Shown: piece by piece, positions 1 to 7,721 of the stretch
How positions within the stretch are numbered: the stretch's first letter is position 1
Layout: each line of letters opens with the position of its first letter
Assembly (NCBI GenBank): GCA_934378145.1
Contig: CAKXXW010000007.1
Coordinates: 10,053 to 74,052 of the forward strand
Reading direction: 5' to 3'
DNA from: an uncultured Eubacteriales bacterium
GTDB lineage: Bacteria; Bacillota; Clostridia; Oscillospirales; CAG-272
Length of the DNA stretch: 64,000 bases
Notes under the pieces: model-generated
Databases searched by the model: none
Seen by the model: the letters and a program-made list of their open reading frames with translations, nothing else
What the model was told of the DNA's origin: nothing
Made by a program: the position numbers and the translations under genes

Positions 1-715
1 TGAGGTCGAACTGCACGAGTTTCACGATACCGACGCTCTTATCGGCAGCCGAAACGGTATAGACCACCGACTCGGATGTAAATTCTTCGCGAAGGATCGA
101 AAATTCCATTATCTCATCGCTCCCCTCGCGAAGGACCCCGAACTCGCAAAGAGTACCCTTCACCCCCTGGAGCTTCTTGAGTGCAGGCTCGTATCCCACA
201 GTCGCCACATCGGAGGCGTCATCGCCCTTGCCGACCTTCACGATAAGGTCGCCGGCAAGCAGTCCCGCCTTCTCAGCCGGAGTATCGGGAAGAACCGAGA
301 TTATCTCGATAGCCTTTTTCTCTGCATTTTCGGTGACGGTTATACCGATCCCCTGATTTTCGCCTTCGTTTTCGCGCTGAAGCGCGGCGTATTCTTCTTC
401 ATTATAATATTTCGCATACCTGTCGCCCGTTTTGGCGATATACGCGCTCACGACGGCATATGCCATATCCTCATCGGTGATCTCGATGTCGTAGAAGGAA
501 AAGCGTTCGAGCATAGCCTTCACTATATCCTCTTTCGACACATCGGAGACACCGCCGGTGTTTCCGTTATCGTTACCGTTGCCGTTGTTGTTACCGTTGC
601 TTCCGGAGCCGAAGATGTTTCCTATGGTGTCCGACAGCCTTACAAGTGCGCAGGAGTTCAGGCAGAACACGAGCGCGAGCAGAAGAGCCGCCAATGCGAT
701 ATACTTTCTTTTCAT
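1..715 (-). CDS. S41-family carboxy-terminal processing peptidase, N-terminal part (3' end is beyond the left window edge)
   Basis: The reverse frame is open from the window edge to the ATG at 715-713, which is preceded by AAGGAAG. Translation begins MKRKYIALAALLLALVFCLNSC (signal peptide), followed by an Asn/Gly-rich linker. A PDZ-like segment follows, GIGITV...PAEKAGLLAGDLIVKV, typical of Ctp/Prc peptidases. Confidence 0.65.
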   Translation of the reverse strand, partial: MKRKYIALAALLLALVFCLNSCALVRLSDTIGNIFGSGSNGNNNGNGNDNGNTGGVSDVSKEDIVKAMLERFSFYDIEITDEDMAYAVVSAYIAKTGDRYAKYYNEEEYAALQRENEGENQGIGITVTENAEKKAIEIISVLPDTPAEKAGLLAGDLIVKVGKGDDASDVATVGYEPALKKLQGVKGTLCEFGVLREGSDEIMEFSILREEFTSESVVYTVSAADKSVGIVKLVQFDL

Positions 716-790
716 AGCAAAATCTTCCTTATTGTATTATTTAATTATGCAATTAAGCGAAACGGATGAGCCTCCGTTCCGCTTATGCGT

Positions 791-1876
791 TCAGAATTTC
801 GCGGGCTTCGAGTTGAGATATTTCTTGACCATAAGGGCGACCTTGAAGGTTATCGCGTGTTCGAATTCGCGCAGGTCAAGTCCCGTCAGCTTGCGGATCT
901 TATCGAGCCTGTAAACGAGGGTATTCCTGTGTACGAAGAGCTTTCTCGAAGTCTCCGAAACATTCAGATTGTTCTCAAAGAAGCAGTTTATCGTCATAAG
1001 AGTCTCGCGGTCGAGCGATTCGAGCGAGCCTTTCTTGAAGACCTCCTGCAAAAACATCTCGCAAAGGGTCGTCGGGAGCTGATAAATGAGCCTTCCGATA
1101 CCGAGGTTCTCGTAGCTTATGATGCTCTTCTCGGTGTCGAAGACCTTTCCGACATCAAGCGCGACCTGCGCCTCCTTGTAGGCTCTCGCAAGGTCCTTGA
1201 TATTGTCGACGACGGTCGAGATACCGATGCTCGCCTTCGTGTAGAATTCGGTCGAAAGGGTATCGGCGATATTCGTCGCCATCTTCTCGATCTCCTTCTG
1301 ATCGGTGCCGGGCTTGAGATCCTTCACAAGCACAATATCGTGTTCGCCGACGCTTATGACATAGTCCTTCGATTTGTCGGGGAACATATTCTGGAGCATC
1401 TCAAACGGCATCATATCGGTCTTGCCGCTGAACTTTATGAGGAAGACTATGCGGCTCTCCTCGGTATTGAAGTGAAGCTCCTTGCTCTTGATATAAATAT
1501 CGCTCGGAAGAATGTTGTCGAGTATGATGTTCTTGACAAACGAACCCTTATCGTATTTTTCGTCGTAAAGGTTCTTTATATTCGCCAGCGAGATGGCAAG
1601 CAGCTTCGAGGTCTTCTCGGCATTCTTGTCCTCTCCCTCAACGAAAACGATATATTCCGCCTTTCCCGCGGGACCGATCGCGCGGTATGTGTAGCCGCCC
1701 GACACAACAAGGTCGTTTGAATAGGTAAGCTCGTCGCGGACACCCTGGCGGATCTCGCCGATCTTGACAAGCTCCGAGCAGGCTATGATGACTCCGTTTT
1801 CGTCGACAACGCCGATAACGCGGTCGACCGCGTCCTTCATCTGATGAATTACGCCCTGAAATAATCTGTTAGACAT
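791..1876 (-). CDS. CdaR/PucR-family transcriptional regulator (sugar-diacid-regulator type)
   Basis: 361-aa ORF. The C-terminus ETSRKLFVHRNTLVYRLDKIRKLTGLDLREFE is the PucR-type HTH. The N-terminus resembles the diacid-recognition domain. Confidence 0.8.
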   Translation of the reverse strand: MSNRLFQGVIHQMKDAVDRVIGVVDENGVIIACSELVKIGEIRQGVRDELTYSNDLVVSGGYTYRAIGPAGKAEYIVFVEGEDKNAEKTSKLLAISLANIKNLYDEKYDKGSFVKNIILDNILPSDIYIKSKELHFNTEESRIVFLIKFSGKTDMMPFEMLQNMFPDKSKDYVISVGEHDIVLVKDLKPGTDQKEIEKMATNIADTLSTEFYTKASIGISTVVDNIKDLARAYKEAQVALDVGKVFDTEKSIISYENLGIGRLIYQLPTTLCEMFLQEVFKKGSLESLDRETLMTINCFFENNLNVSETSRKLFVHRNTLVYRLDKIRKLTGLDLREFEHAITFKVALMVKKYLNSKPAKF

Positions 1877-1916
1877 TACTTTGCCCTCTTCTTCCGTTTT
1901 GTATATTCTACACTAT

Positions 1917-1945
1917 ATTGTACTACACTATTTGTGATTTTTCAA
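1917..1945 (-). promoter_or_regulatory. Sigma-A type promoter for the CdaR/PucR-family gene
   Basis: The minus strand reads TTGAAA, 17 nt, TACAAT (plus-strand tttcaa 1940-1945 and attgta 1917-1922). A 9-bp direct repeat CTACACTAT flanks the -10 at 1908-1916 and 1923-1931. Confidence 0.5.
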
Positions 1946-1995
1946 TAGGGTATTTTATGTTATTTCTAAAAAGACGAAAAAATAATTGTAAAAAT

Positions 1996-2766
1996 TCACT
2001 CATTTGACGAAGCACTGCCGAGTTCAAACTCATAAGACAGCGCCCCAAGCAGGAATGTTGACACAGTTTCGGTGCGAAGGATGCGTTTTCCGAGCCCGAC
2101 GGGGATAAGTCCCGTCGCCGACGCGCGCTCTGCCTCAGCCGTCGAAAAACCTCCCTCGGGGCCTATCACGACCGAGACGGTGAAGCCCTCGCGCCTGCCG
2201 AGCCGTGACACGGAAGCCTTCAGCGCTTCTCCGAGCGGAAGTGTACCCTCGCCCTCGTAGCAGAAGAGCGGGATGTCGGCTTTCGATGCCGAAAGAAGCA
2301 TCTCCGAAAAGCTCACGGCGCCATAAACGCGGGGAATTATGCCGCGACCGCTTTGCTTTGCCGCCTCGAGCGCAATCTTCTGCCGCCGCGGACTCTTCTT
2401 ATCCTCCGCCGCGGGATCCGTGCGGACGATGCAGCGCTCCGACCCGAAGAGCCTTATCTCTGACGCGCCGCACTCGACCGATTTCTGTATGACCGTGTCG
2501 AGCTTTTCGCCCTTCGGCAGAGCCTGCCATATACAGGCGAAAAACGGAGGCTCCGCAGCCGTCCGCCTTTTACTTATTATCCTTGCCGTAACATCACCCG
2601 AAAAGGCGACAAGCTCACAATCGTATTCGTTCCTTTCCCCATCGCAGACGGTGATATGCTCACCGGCAGCCATGCGGAGCGACCGCGAGATATGAAAAGC
2701 GTCATCTCCCGTGAGGGTCACAAGATCGCCGTCGATCTGCCCTTCACCGATAAAAAAACGCGGCAT
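1996..2766 (-). CDS. rsmE: 16S rRNA (uracil1498-N3)-methyltransferase
   Basis: The protein starts MPRFFIGEGQIDGDLVTLTGDDAFHISRSLR, and GPEGGFS...E is the RsmE SPOUT signature. I chose the ATG at 2766 rather than the ORF-track start at 2796. Confidence 0.85.
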   Translation of the reverse strand: MPRFFIGEGQIDGDLVTLTGDDAFHISRSLRMAAGEHITVCDGERNEYDCELVAFSGDVTARIISKRRTAAEPPFFACIWQALPKGEKLDTVIQKSVECGASEIRLFGSERCIVRTDPAAEDKKSPRRQKIALEAAKQSGRGIIPRVYGAVSFSEMLLSASKADIPLFCYEGEGTLPLGEALKASVSRLGRREGFTVSVVIGPEGGFSTAEAERASATGLIPVGLGKRILRTETVSTFLLGALSYEFELGSASSNE

Positions 2767-2966
2767 TATGACCTCCGAAGGCTTATTTTGTCGCATTATT
2801 GCGCAAGCATCTTGAATTATACTATATTATCTTCCGTTTGTCAAATGTTTTTATTGAATTTCACGAAAAATATCTCGTTTTTCGGTCATGTAAAGGCTTT
2901 ACTTTTGGCAGATAAGATGATATAATTGATAAAAATCACAAATAAAGACTTTAAGGAGTAAAAGCC

Positions 2967-4046
2967 GTGCGTGATTTCGATATAGCTGTGACCGGCGCGG
3001 GACCCGCCGGAGCGACCTTTGCAAGGCTCGCGGCAAAGAACGGTCTTTCGGTGCTTCTCGCCGACGGACAGAGTGAGCTTTCGCGCAAGCCCTGCGGCGG
3101 ACTTCTCGCACCCGACGCGCAGAATGTCCTCGCGGGAATGAAGCTGACACTGCCGAAAGAAGTCCTTGTCGACCCGCAGATCTTCTCCGTCAAGGTCTAC
3201 GACGCGAAAACACACCTGACCCGCTTCTATCCGCGGCGCTACCTCAATATGGAGCGGCTGAGATTCGACCGCTGGCTGATCTCGCTCGTCCCCGATCGGG
3301 TCGAAATAAAGGCAGGGCGCGTCACGCATATCGAGCGGCAGGGCGAGGGCTTCGGACTTACCTTCGGGGACGGGGAAAAGCTCTTCTGCCGCGCACTTGT
3401 CGGTGCCGACGGCGGAAATTCGGCAGTGAGGAAATTTTTCCTTTCCGAGAATATGAAAAAGGACAAGATAAAACGCTATACCGCCATCCAGCAGTGGTTT
3501 GCCGACGACGGGCGGAGCGAACCCTTCTATTCATGCATCTTCGACGGCGAAACGAGCCCGTCCTGCTCGTGGTCGGCTTACAAGGACGGACTGATAATGT
3601 TCGGCGGGTGCTTCCCGGGGAAGGATTGCCGCAAGGCTTTCGAGCGCCAGAAAGCGAAGCTCATCGCCGACGGCATCCTGCCGTTTGACGGAGAAAAGGC
3701 GATCAAGACCGAGGCGTGCCTTGTGTGCAGTCCGGGAAAGCAGTCGGACTTTGTTACCGGCGGCAACGGAGTATTTCTCATAGGCGAGGCGGCGGGCTTT
3801 GTCAGCCCCAGCTCATACGAGGGCATCAGCTACGCCCTTGACAGTGGGAGGCTGCTCTCTGTGGCTTTTGAAAGCACGAAAAGAGGAGATCTTGCCGACC
3901 TTTCGCAGGTCGCGGATACATACGGAAAGCTCACGGCTCCCATTCGCCGAAGGCTGTTGCTCAAGGACATGAAGCGGCGCGTGATCTTCTCGCAAGCCAC
4001 GAGGAACATCATCCTGCGTACCGGCATCGCTTCGTTGAGGATTTAA
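2967..4046 (+). CDS. FAD-dependent oxidoreductase (geranylgeranyl-reductase-like family)
   Basis: GTG start 8 nt after AAGGAG. The N-terminal DIAVTGAGPAGATFARLAAKNG is a GxGxxG FAD-binding Rossmann motif. 359 aa. Confidence 0.7.
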   Translation: MRDFDIAVTGAGPAGATFARLAAKNGLSVLLADGQSELSRKPCGGLLAPDAQNVLAGMKLTLPKEVLVDPQIFSVKVYDAKTHLTRFYPRRYLNMERLRFDRWLISLVPDRVEIKAGRVTHIERQGEGFGLTFGDGEKLFCRALVGADGGNSAVRKFFLSENMKKDKIKRYTAIQQWFADDGRSEPFYSCIFDGETSPSCSWSAYKDGLIMFGGCFPGKDCRKAFERQKAKLIADGILPFDGEKAIKTEACLVCSPGKQSDFVTGGNGVFLIGEAAGFVSPSSYEGISYALDSGRLLSVAFESTKRGDLADLSQVADTYGKLTAPIRRRLLLKDMKRRVIFSQATRNIILRTGIASLRI

Positions 4047-4055
4047 AGGCGTTTT

Positions 4056-4565
4056 GAAAGTAAAGACCTCACCCGCGGCAATGCCTTCAAAAAGGCATTG
4101 TTACGAGTGAGGTCTTTCTTACCCGTTCACGGCGGGCGCCCGATGGGACGCCCCTACCGTGCGCGAAAATGAAGCGCACCTGCGGTGCATGAAAAATGAA
4201 GCAGGGCTTCGCCCCGTTAAGCGCGGCTTCGCCGCACGGAAGGGAAACGGAGTACGTGCTTCGCTTTATGTTAGCACTATCGGTGTACTTCACCTTAAGA
4301 TTAAACACTTTAACTTTTTGTCTCGGGCAGAATTTCACCCCGTGGGTGAAATTCCGGTGGGTTTTTGAGAAAGGGCTGAAAAAAGGCTGCTCGCAGACTT
4401 TTGAAGACCTTTCTCAAAAAGACACCATAGTTTTGCCGCAGGCAAAATGCCGCGAGACAAGTCTTTACTGCCATAACCTTTCAGCAAATTCTTTGAAGGG
4501 TTCGGGAAACTTTCTTCTAAGAAAGTTTCCCGTGTCCCCCCCGTCGTATCTCCCGTATCCCTCGC
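4056..4565. repeat. Mosaic multi-hairpin intergenic repeat, copy A (gamma hairpin 4056-4120, variable segment, alpha unit 4318-4561)
   Basis: The alpha unit aligns almost base for base with 27470-27715 and 40726-40975. Shared blocks are cttgtctcgg, gaatttcaccccg.gggtgaaattccggtgg, ttttgccNNNggcaaaatgccgcgagacaag, gggaaactttctt..aagaaagtttccc and ctcccgtatc. The gamma hairpin, with inner palindrome atgccttcaaaaaggcat, recurs inverted at 27384-27450. Confidence 0.85.
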
Positions 4566-4581
4566 CGCGGCTTACCTGCCC

Positions 4582-4902
4582 TTAAAGCTCCTTGTCAATA
4601 AGGGCGGTGAGCGCCGACTCGGGCTTATAACCGAGGGAGACGGCTCTGACTGCCTTGTCCTTTATTATCACTACTGTCGGGATGCTGTCGATCTTGAACG
4701 CCGAGGCAAGCTCGGGTTCCTCATCGACATTGACCTTTCCGACCTTGATCCGACCTTCGTAATCGGCGGCGATCTTCTCGACCGTCGGTGCGAGCATGCG
4801 GCAGGGGCCGCACCACTCTGCCCAGAAATCGAGCATCACCGGAAGGTCGGAGCAGAGGACCTCGTCCTCAAAATTATCCTTCGTTATCTTTATCTCAGCC
4901 AT
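4582..4902 (-). CDS. trxA: Thioredoxin
   Basis: 106 aa with the WCGPC active site (FWAEWCGPCRMLAP). It lies 15 nt downstream of alaS. Confidence 0.92.
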   Translation of the reverse strand: MAEIKITKDNFEDEVLCSDLPVMLDFWAEWCGPCRMLAPTVEKIAADYEGRIKVGKVNVDEEPELASAFKIDSIPTVVIIKDKAVRAVSLGYKPESALTALIDKEL

Positions 4903-4917
4903 TTTCGGCTCCTTTTT

Positions 4918-7527
4918 TTATTTTCTCACGGAAGCGAGAGCCTCGTCGACCTTAGAGAGGTCGGGAGCGCCCGCCATAGCGGAATCGGGGCGTCCGCCGC
5001 CCTTGCCGCCCGCAACGGCTGCCGCCGCGCTGACGAGCTTGCCGGCGTGCGCGCCGCTCTTCACGGCATCGGCTCCGGCGACGCAGACAAAATTGAGCTT
5101 TCCGTCGCAGACCACGGCAAGCAGTGCCACGGTGTCCGGATGCGACGCCTTTATGTCATCGGCGAGCGAACGGGCAGCCGCGACATTCATTCCCTCGAGC
5201 TTTCCGGTCACGAGCTTATAGCTCCCGAGGTCGACAGCCCCAGCCATGATCGAATCGAGCTTCGACGCCGCAAGCTTCGCGTTGAGCGCCTCGACCTCGC
5301 GCTTGAGTTCCTTTATCTCAGCCATCACAGCCGTGCCGCGTTTCGGCAGCTCGCCGACATTCTGCGCCTTGATCTCCTTCGCGGTGGCGGCAAGCAGCAT
5401 GTCCTTCTCGCGGAGCAGCTTCAGCGATTCAAAGCCCGTCACGCACTCGATACGGCGAACACCCGCCGCAACGGAGGATTCGCTGACGATGTGGAAAAGT
5501 CCTATCTTCGAGGTGTTGTCGACATGAGTGCCTCCGCAGAATTCGACCGACTCGTTCCCCATCTTCACGACGCGGACGACCTTGCCGTACTTCTCTCCGA
5601 AGAGCATCATAGCGCCCATCTTCTTCGCTTCTTCTATATCGGTAACGACAGTCTCGACCGGAATACCGTCAAGGATCCTTGCATTTACAAGGTCCTCTAC
5701 CTTCTTAAGCTCCTCCGCCGTGACAGCCGAGAAGTGCGTGAAGTCGAACCTTCCGCGAAGCTCGTCGACATAGGAACCCGCCTGCTCGACATGATTGCCG
5801 AGGACGCGGCGAAGCTCCGCCTGAAGCAGGTGCAGCGCCGAATGATTCCGTCTTATCGCCTCTCGGCGGCAGACATCGACCTCTGCCCTGAGGGTATCGC
5901 CGACGCGGACCGTGCCGTTTGTCACAGTGCAGTAGTGGAGGTAGACACCGTCGGACTTTTTCGTGTCGTTGACGGCAGCCGAGAAGTCATTTCCGGTCAT
6001 GATACCGCTGTCGCCGACCTGACCTCCGCTCTCTCCGTAGAAAGGCGTCCGGTCAAGCACGAGAGTGAAATCGCCCTCGGTGACCTCCTCGCAGAGCATA
6101 TCGTCGGCGATTATCGCAACGACCTTTGCCTCTGTCCGATACCCGGTGTATCCCGTGAACTCGGTCTTCGGAAGTCCGGCGAGAAGATCCTTCTGCGAGG
6201 CATCCCAACCGCCGACCTTGCCTCTTGCGGCACGGGCACGGTTGCGCTGCTCGAGCATGAGTGCCTTGAAGCCCTCCTCGTCGACCTCAAGTCCCGCCTC
6301 CTCGGCGATCTCCTTTGTAAGGTCTATCGGGAATCCGTAGGTGTCGTAGAGCTTGAAGACCCCGTCACCCGAGAGCATCGTCTCCCCGTTCTTCTTCGCG
6401 TTCCCGACCATATCGGAAAGTATCCCGAGTCCGGCGTCGATCGTCGCGTGGAAGCGCTCTTCCTCGATCGAAATTACCTTATTTATATAGTCGCGCTTTG
6501 CGTCAAGCTCGGGGTAGGCGCGGTCGTTCTGCGCGATCGCGACCTCAAGGATCTCGGTGAGGAACTCACGGTCGATCCCGAGCAGCTTTCCGTGGCGCGA
6601 GGCGCGACGGAGGATCCTTCTGAGGACATATCCCCTTCCCTCGTTCGAGGGAATGACTCCGTCGGCGATCATGAACATCGCGCTCTTTATATGGTCGGTG
6701 ATGACGCGGATCGAGATGTCGTCCTTCGGATCGGCGCCGTACTTCTTTCCGGATACCTCGGTCACCTTGTCAAGGATTGCGCGGTTCGTGTCGACCTCGA
6801 ACATATTGTCAACGTCCTGAATGACACAGGCAAGGCGCTCAAGTCCCATTCCGGTGTCGATATTTTTCTGCTTCAGCTCGGTGTAGTTGCCCTTGCCGTC
6901 GTTATTGAACTGCGAAAAGACATTGTTCCATATCTCCATATATCTGTCGCAGTCGCAGCCGGGCTTGCAGTCGGGCTTGCCGCAACCATACTTCTCGCCG
7001 CGGTCAAAGTATATCTCCGAGCAGGGGCCGCAGGGACCCGAGCCGTGTTCCCAGAAGTTGTCCTCTTTCCCGAGCCTTACGATCCGCTCCTCCGGCACGC
7101 CTATCTTGTCGCGCCAGATGGCGTAAGCCTCGTCGTCGTTTTCGTAGACAGAGGGCCAGAGCCTGTCCTCCGGGATCTCCATGACCTGCGTCAGAAATTC
7201 CCATGCCCACGGAATAGCCTCGTTCTTGAAGTAGTCGCCGAAGCTGAAATTTCCGAGCATCTCAAAGAATGTCCCGTGACGCGCGGTGTGTCCGACGCGC
7301 TCAAGGTCGGGAGTCCTTATGCACTTCTGGCAGGTGGTCACGCGGTGACGCGGAGGCTCCTCTTCGCCCGTGAAATACTTCTTCATAGGCGCCATTCCCG
7401 AGTTGATAAGAAGCAGCGATTTGTCGTTGCGCGGTATCAGGGGGAAGGACGGCAGGCGCAGATGCCCCTTCGATTCAAAGAACGAGAGATATTTCTCTCT
7501 TATGTCGTTTAATGATGTCCATTCCAT
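4918..7527 (-). CDS. alaS: Alanine--tRNA ligase
   Basis: 869 aa. The N-terminus reads FFESKGHLRLPSFPLIPRNDKSLLLINSGMAPMKKYF. The editing-domain HxxxH and CGGTH motifs and a C-terminal DHHA1-like region are present. Confidence 0.96.
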   Translation of the reverse strand: MEWTSLNDIREKYLSFFESKGHLRLPSFPLIPRNDKSLLLINSGMAPMKKYFTGEEEPPRHRVTTCQKCIRTPDLERVGHTARHGTFFEMLGNFSFGDYFKNEAIPWAWEFLTQVMEIPEDRLWPSVYENDDEAYAIWRDKIGVPEERIVRLGKEDNFWEHGSGPCGPCSEIYFDRGEKYGCGKPDCKPGCDCDRYMEIWNNVFSQFNNDGKGNYTELKQKNIDTGMGLERLACVIQDVDNMFEVDTNRAILDKVTEVSGKKYGADPKDDISIRVITDHIKSAMFMIADGVIPSNEGRGYVLRRILRRASRHGKLLGIDREFLTEILEVAIAQNDRAYPELDAKRDYINKVISIEEERFHATIDAGLGILSDMVGNAKKNGETMLSGDGVFKLYDTYGFPIDLTKEIAEEAGLEVDEEGFKALMLEQRNRARAARGKVGGWDASQKDLLAGLPKTEFTGYTGYRTEAKVVAIIADDMLCEEVTEGDFTLVLDRTPFYGESGGQVGDSGIMTGNDFSAAVNDTKKSDGVYLHYCTVTNGTVRVGDTLRAEVDVCRREAIRRNHSALHLLQAELRRVLGNHVEQAGSYVDELRGRFDFTHFSAVTAEELKKVEDLVNARILDGIPVETVVTDIEEAKKMGAMMLFGEKYGKVVRVVKMGNESVEFCGGTHVDNTSKIGLFHIVSESSVAAGVRRIECVTGFESLKLLREKDMLLAATAKEIKAQNVGELPKRGTAVMAEIKELKREVEALNAKLAASKLDSIMAGAVDLGSYKLVTGKLEGMNVAAARSLADDIKASHPDTVALLAVVCDGKLNFVCVAGADAVKSGAHAGKLVSAAAAVAGGKGGGRPDSAMAGAPDLSKVDEALASVRK

Positions 7528-7572
7528 AAGTTATAAAATCCATACCTTTCGGATATATTTTCGCATTTAATA

Positions 7573-7601
7573 ATTATAGCATTTTATTATATTACTGTCA
7601 A
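7573..7601 (-). promoter_or_regulatory. Promoter of alaS-trxA
   Basis: The minus strand reads TTGACA, 17 nt, TATAAT with an extended TGc (plus-strand tgtcaa 7596-7601 and attata 7573-7578). The leader is about 40 nt, which is too short for a T-box. Confidence 0.55.
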
Positions 7602-7624
7602 TACCCGGAGCGGCAAAAGAAGGC

Positions 7625-7653
7625 TTGACAAATCACTCCTTATGTGTTATTAT
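7625..7653 (+). promoter_or_regulatory. Promoter of the MBL-fold lipoprotein gene
   Basis: TTGACA (7625-7630), 17 nt, TATTAT (7648-7653). It is divergent from the alaS promoter. Confidence 0.5.
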
Positions 7654-7721
7654 TGATAATAAAGATTTTTATGATGCTGCTTTGTGAAAAATCAACAAAT
7701 ATCGGAAAGGTGTATTATTTT

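Noticed and set aside
4196-4585. ORFs running through the mosaic repeats that give similar peptides such as GNFLxxKFP and FSPAGENSVPRQ (4196-4585, 27135-27395, 27645-28259, 39860-40546, 40604-40837 and 40903-41523)
   Set aside because: The peptide similarity simply reflects repeated DNA. The same peptides appear from both strands because the DNA is palindromic. Differences between copies fall in hairpin loops or are compensatory in stems, rather than following codon positions. No RBS is present, and several of these ORFs merely extend real genes upstream of their supported starts.
5047-7512. An 821-aa plus-strand ORF antisense to alaS
   Set aside because: It lies entirely within, and opposite to, a clearly identified alaS. 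The translation is Arg/Leu/Gly/Val-rich low-complexity sequence with no motifs and no RBS. This is a typical stop-codon-poor shadow frame of a high-GC gene.
7528-7721. A possible T-box leader upstream of alaS (and likewise upstream of cysE at 43175-43194)
   Set aside because: The alaS promoter leaves a leader of only about 40 nt. I found no T-box sequence (AGGGUGGNACCGCG-like) on the minus strand. The cysE upstream gap is only 20 nt.
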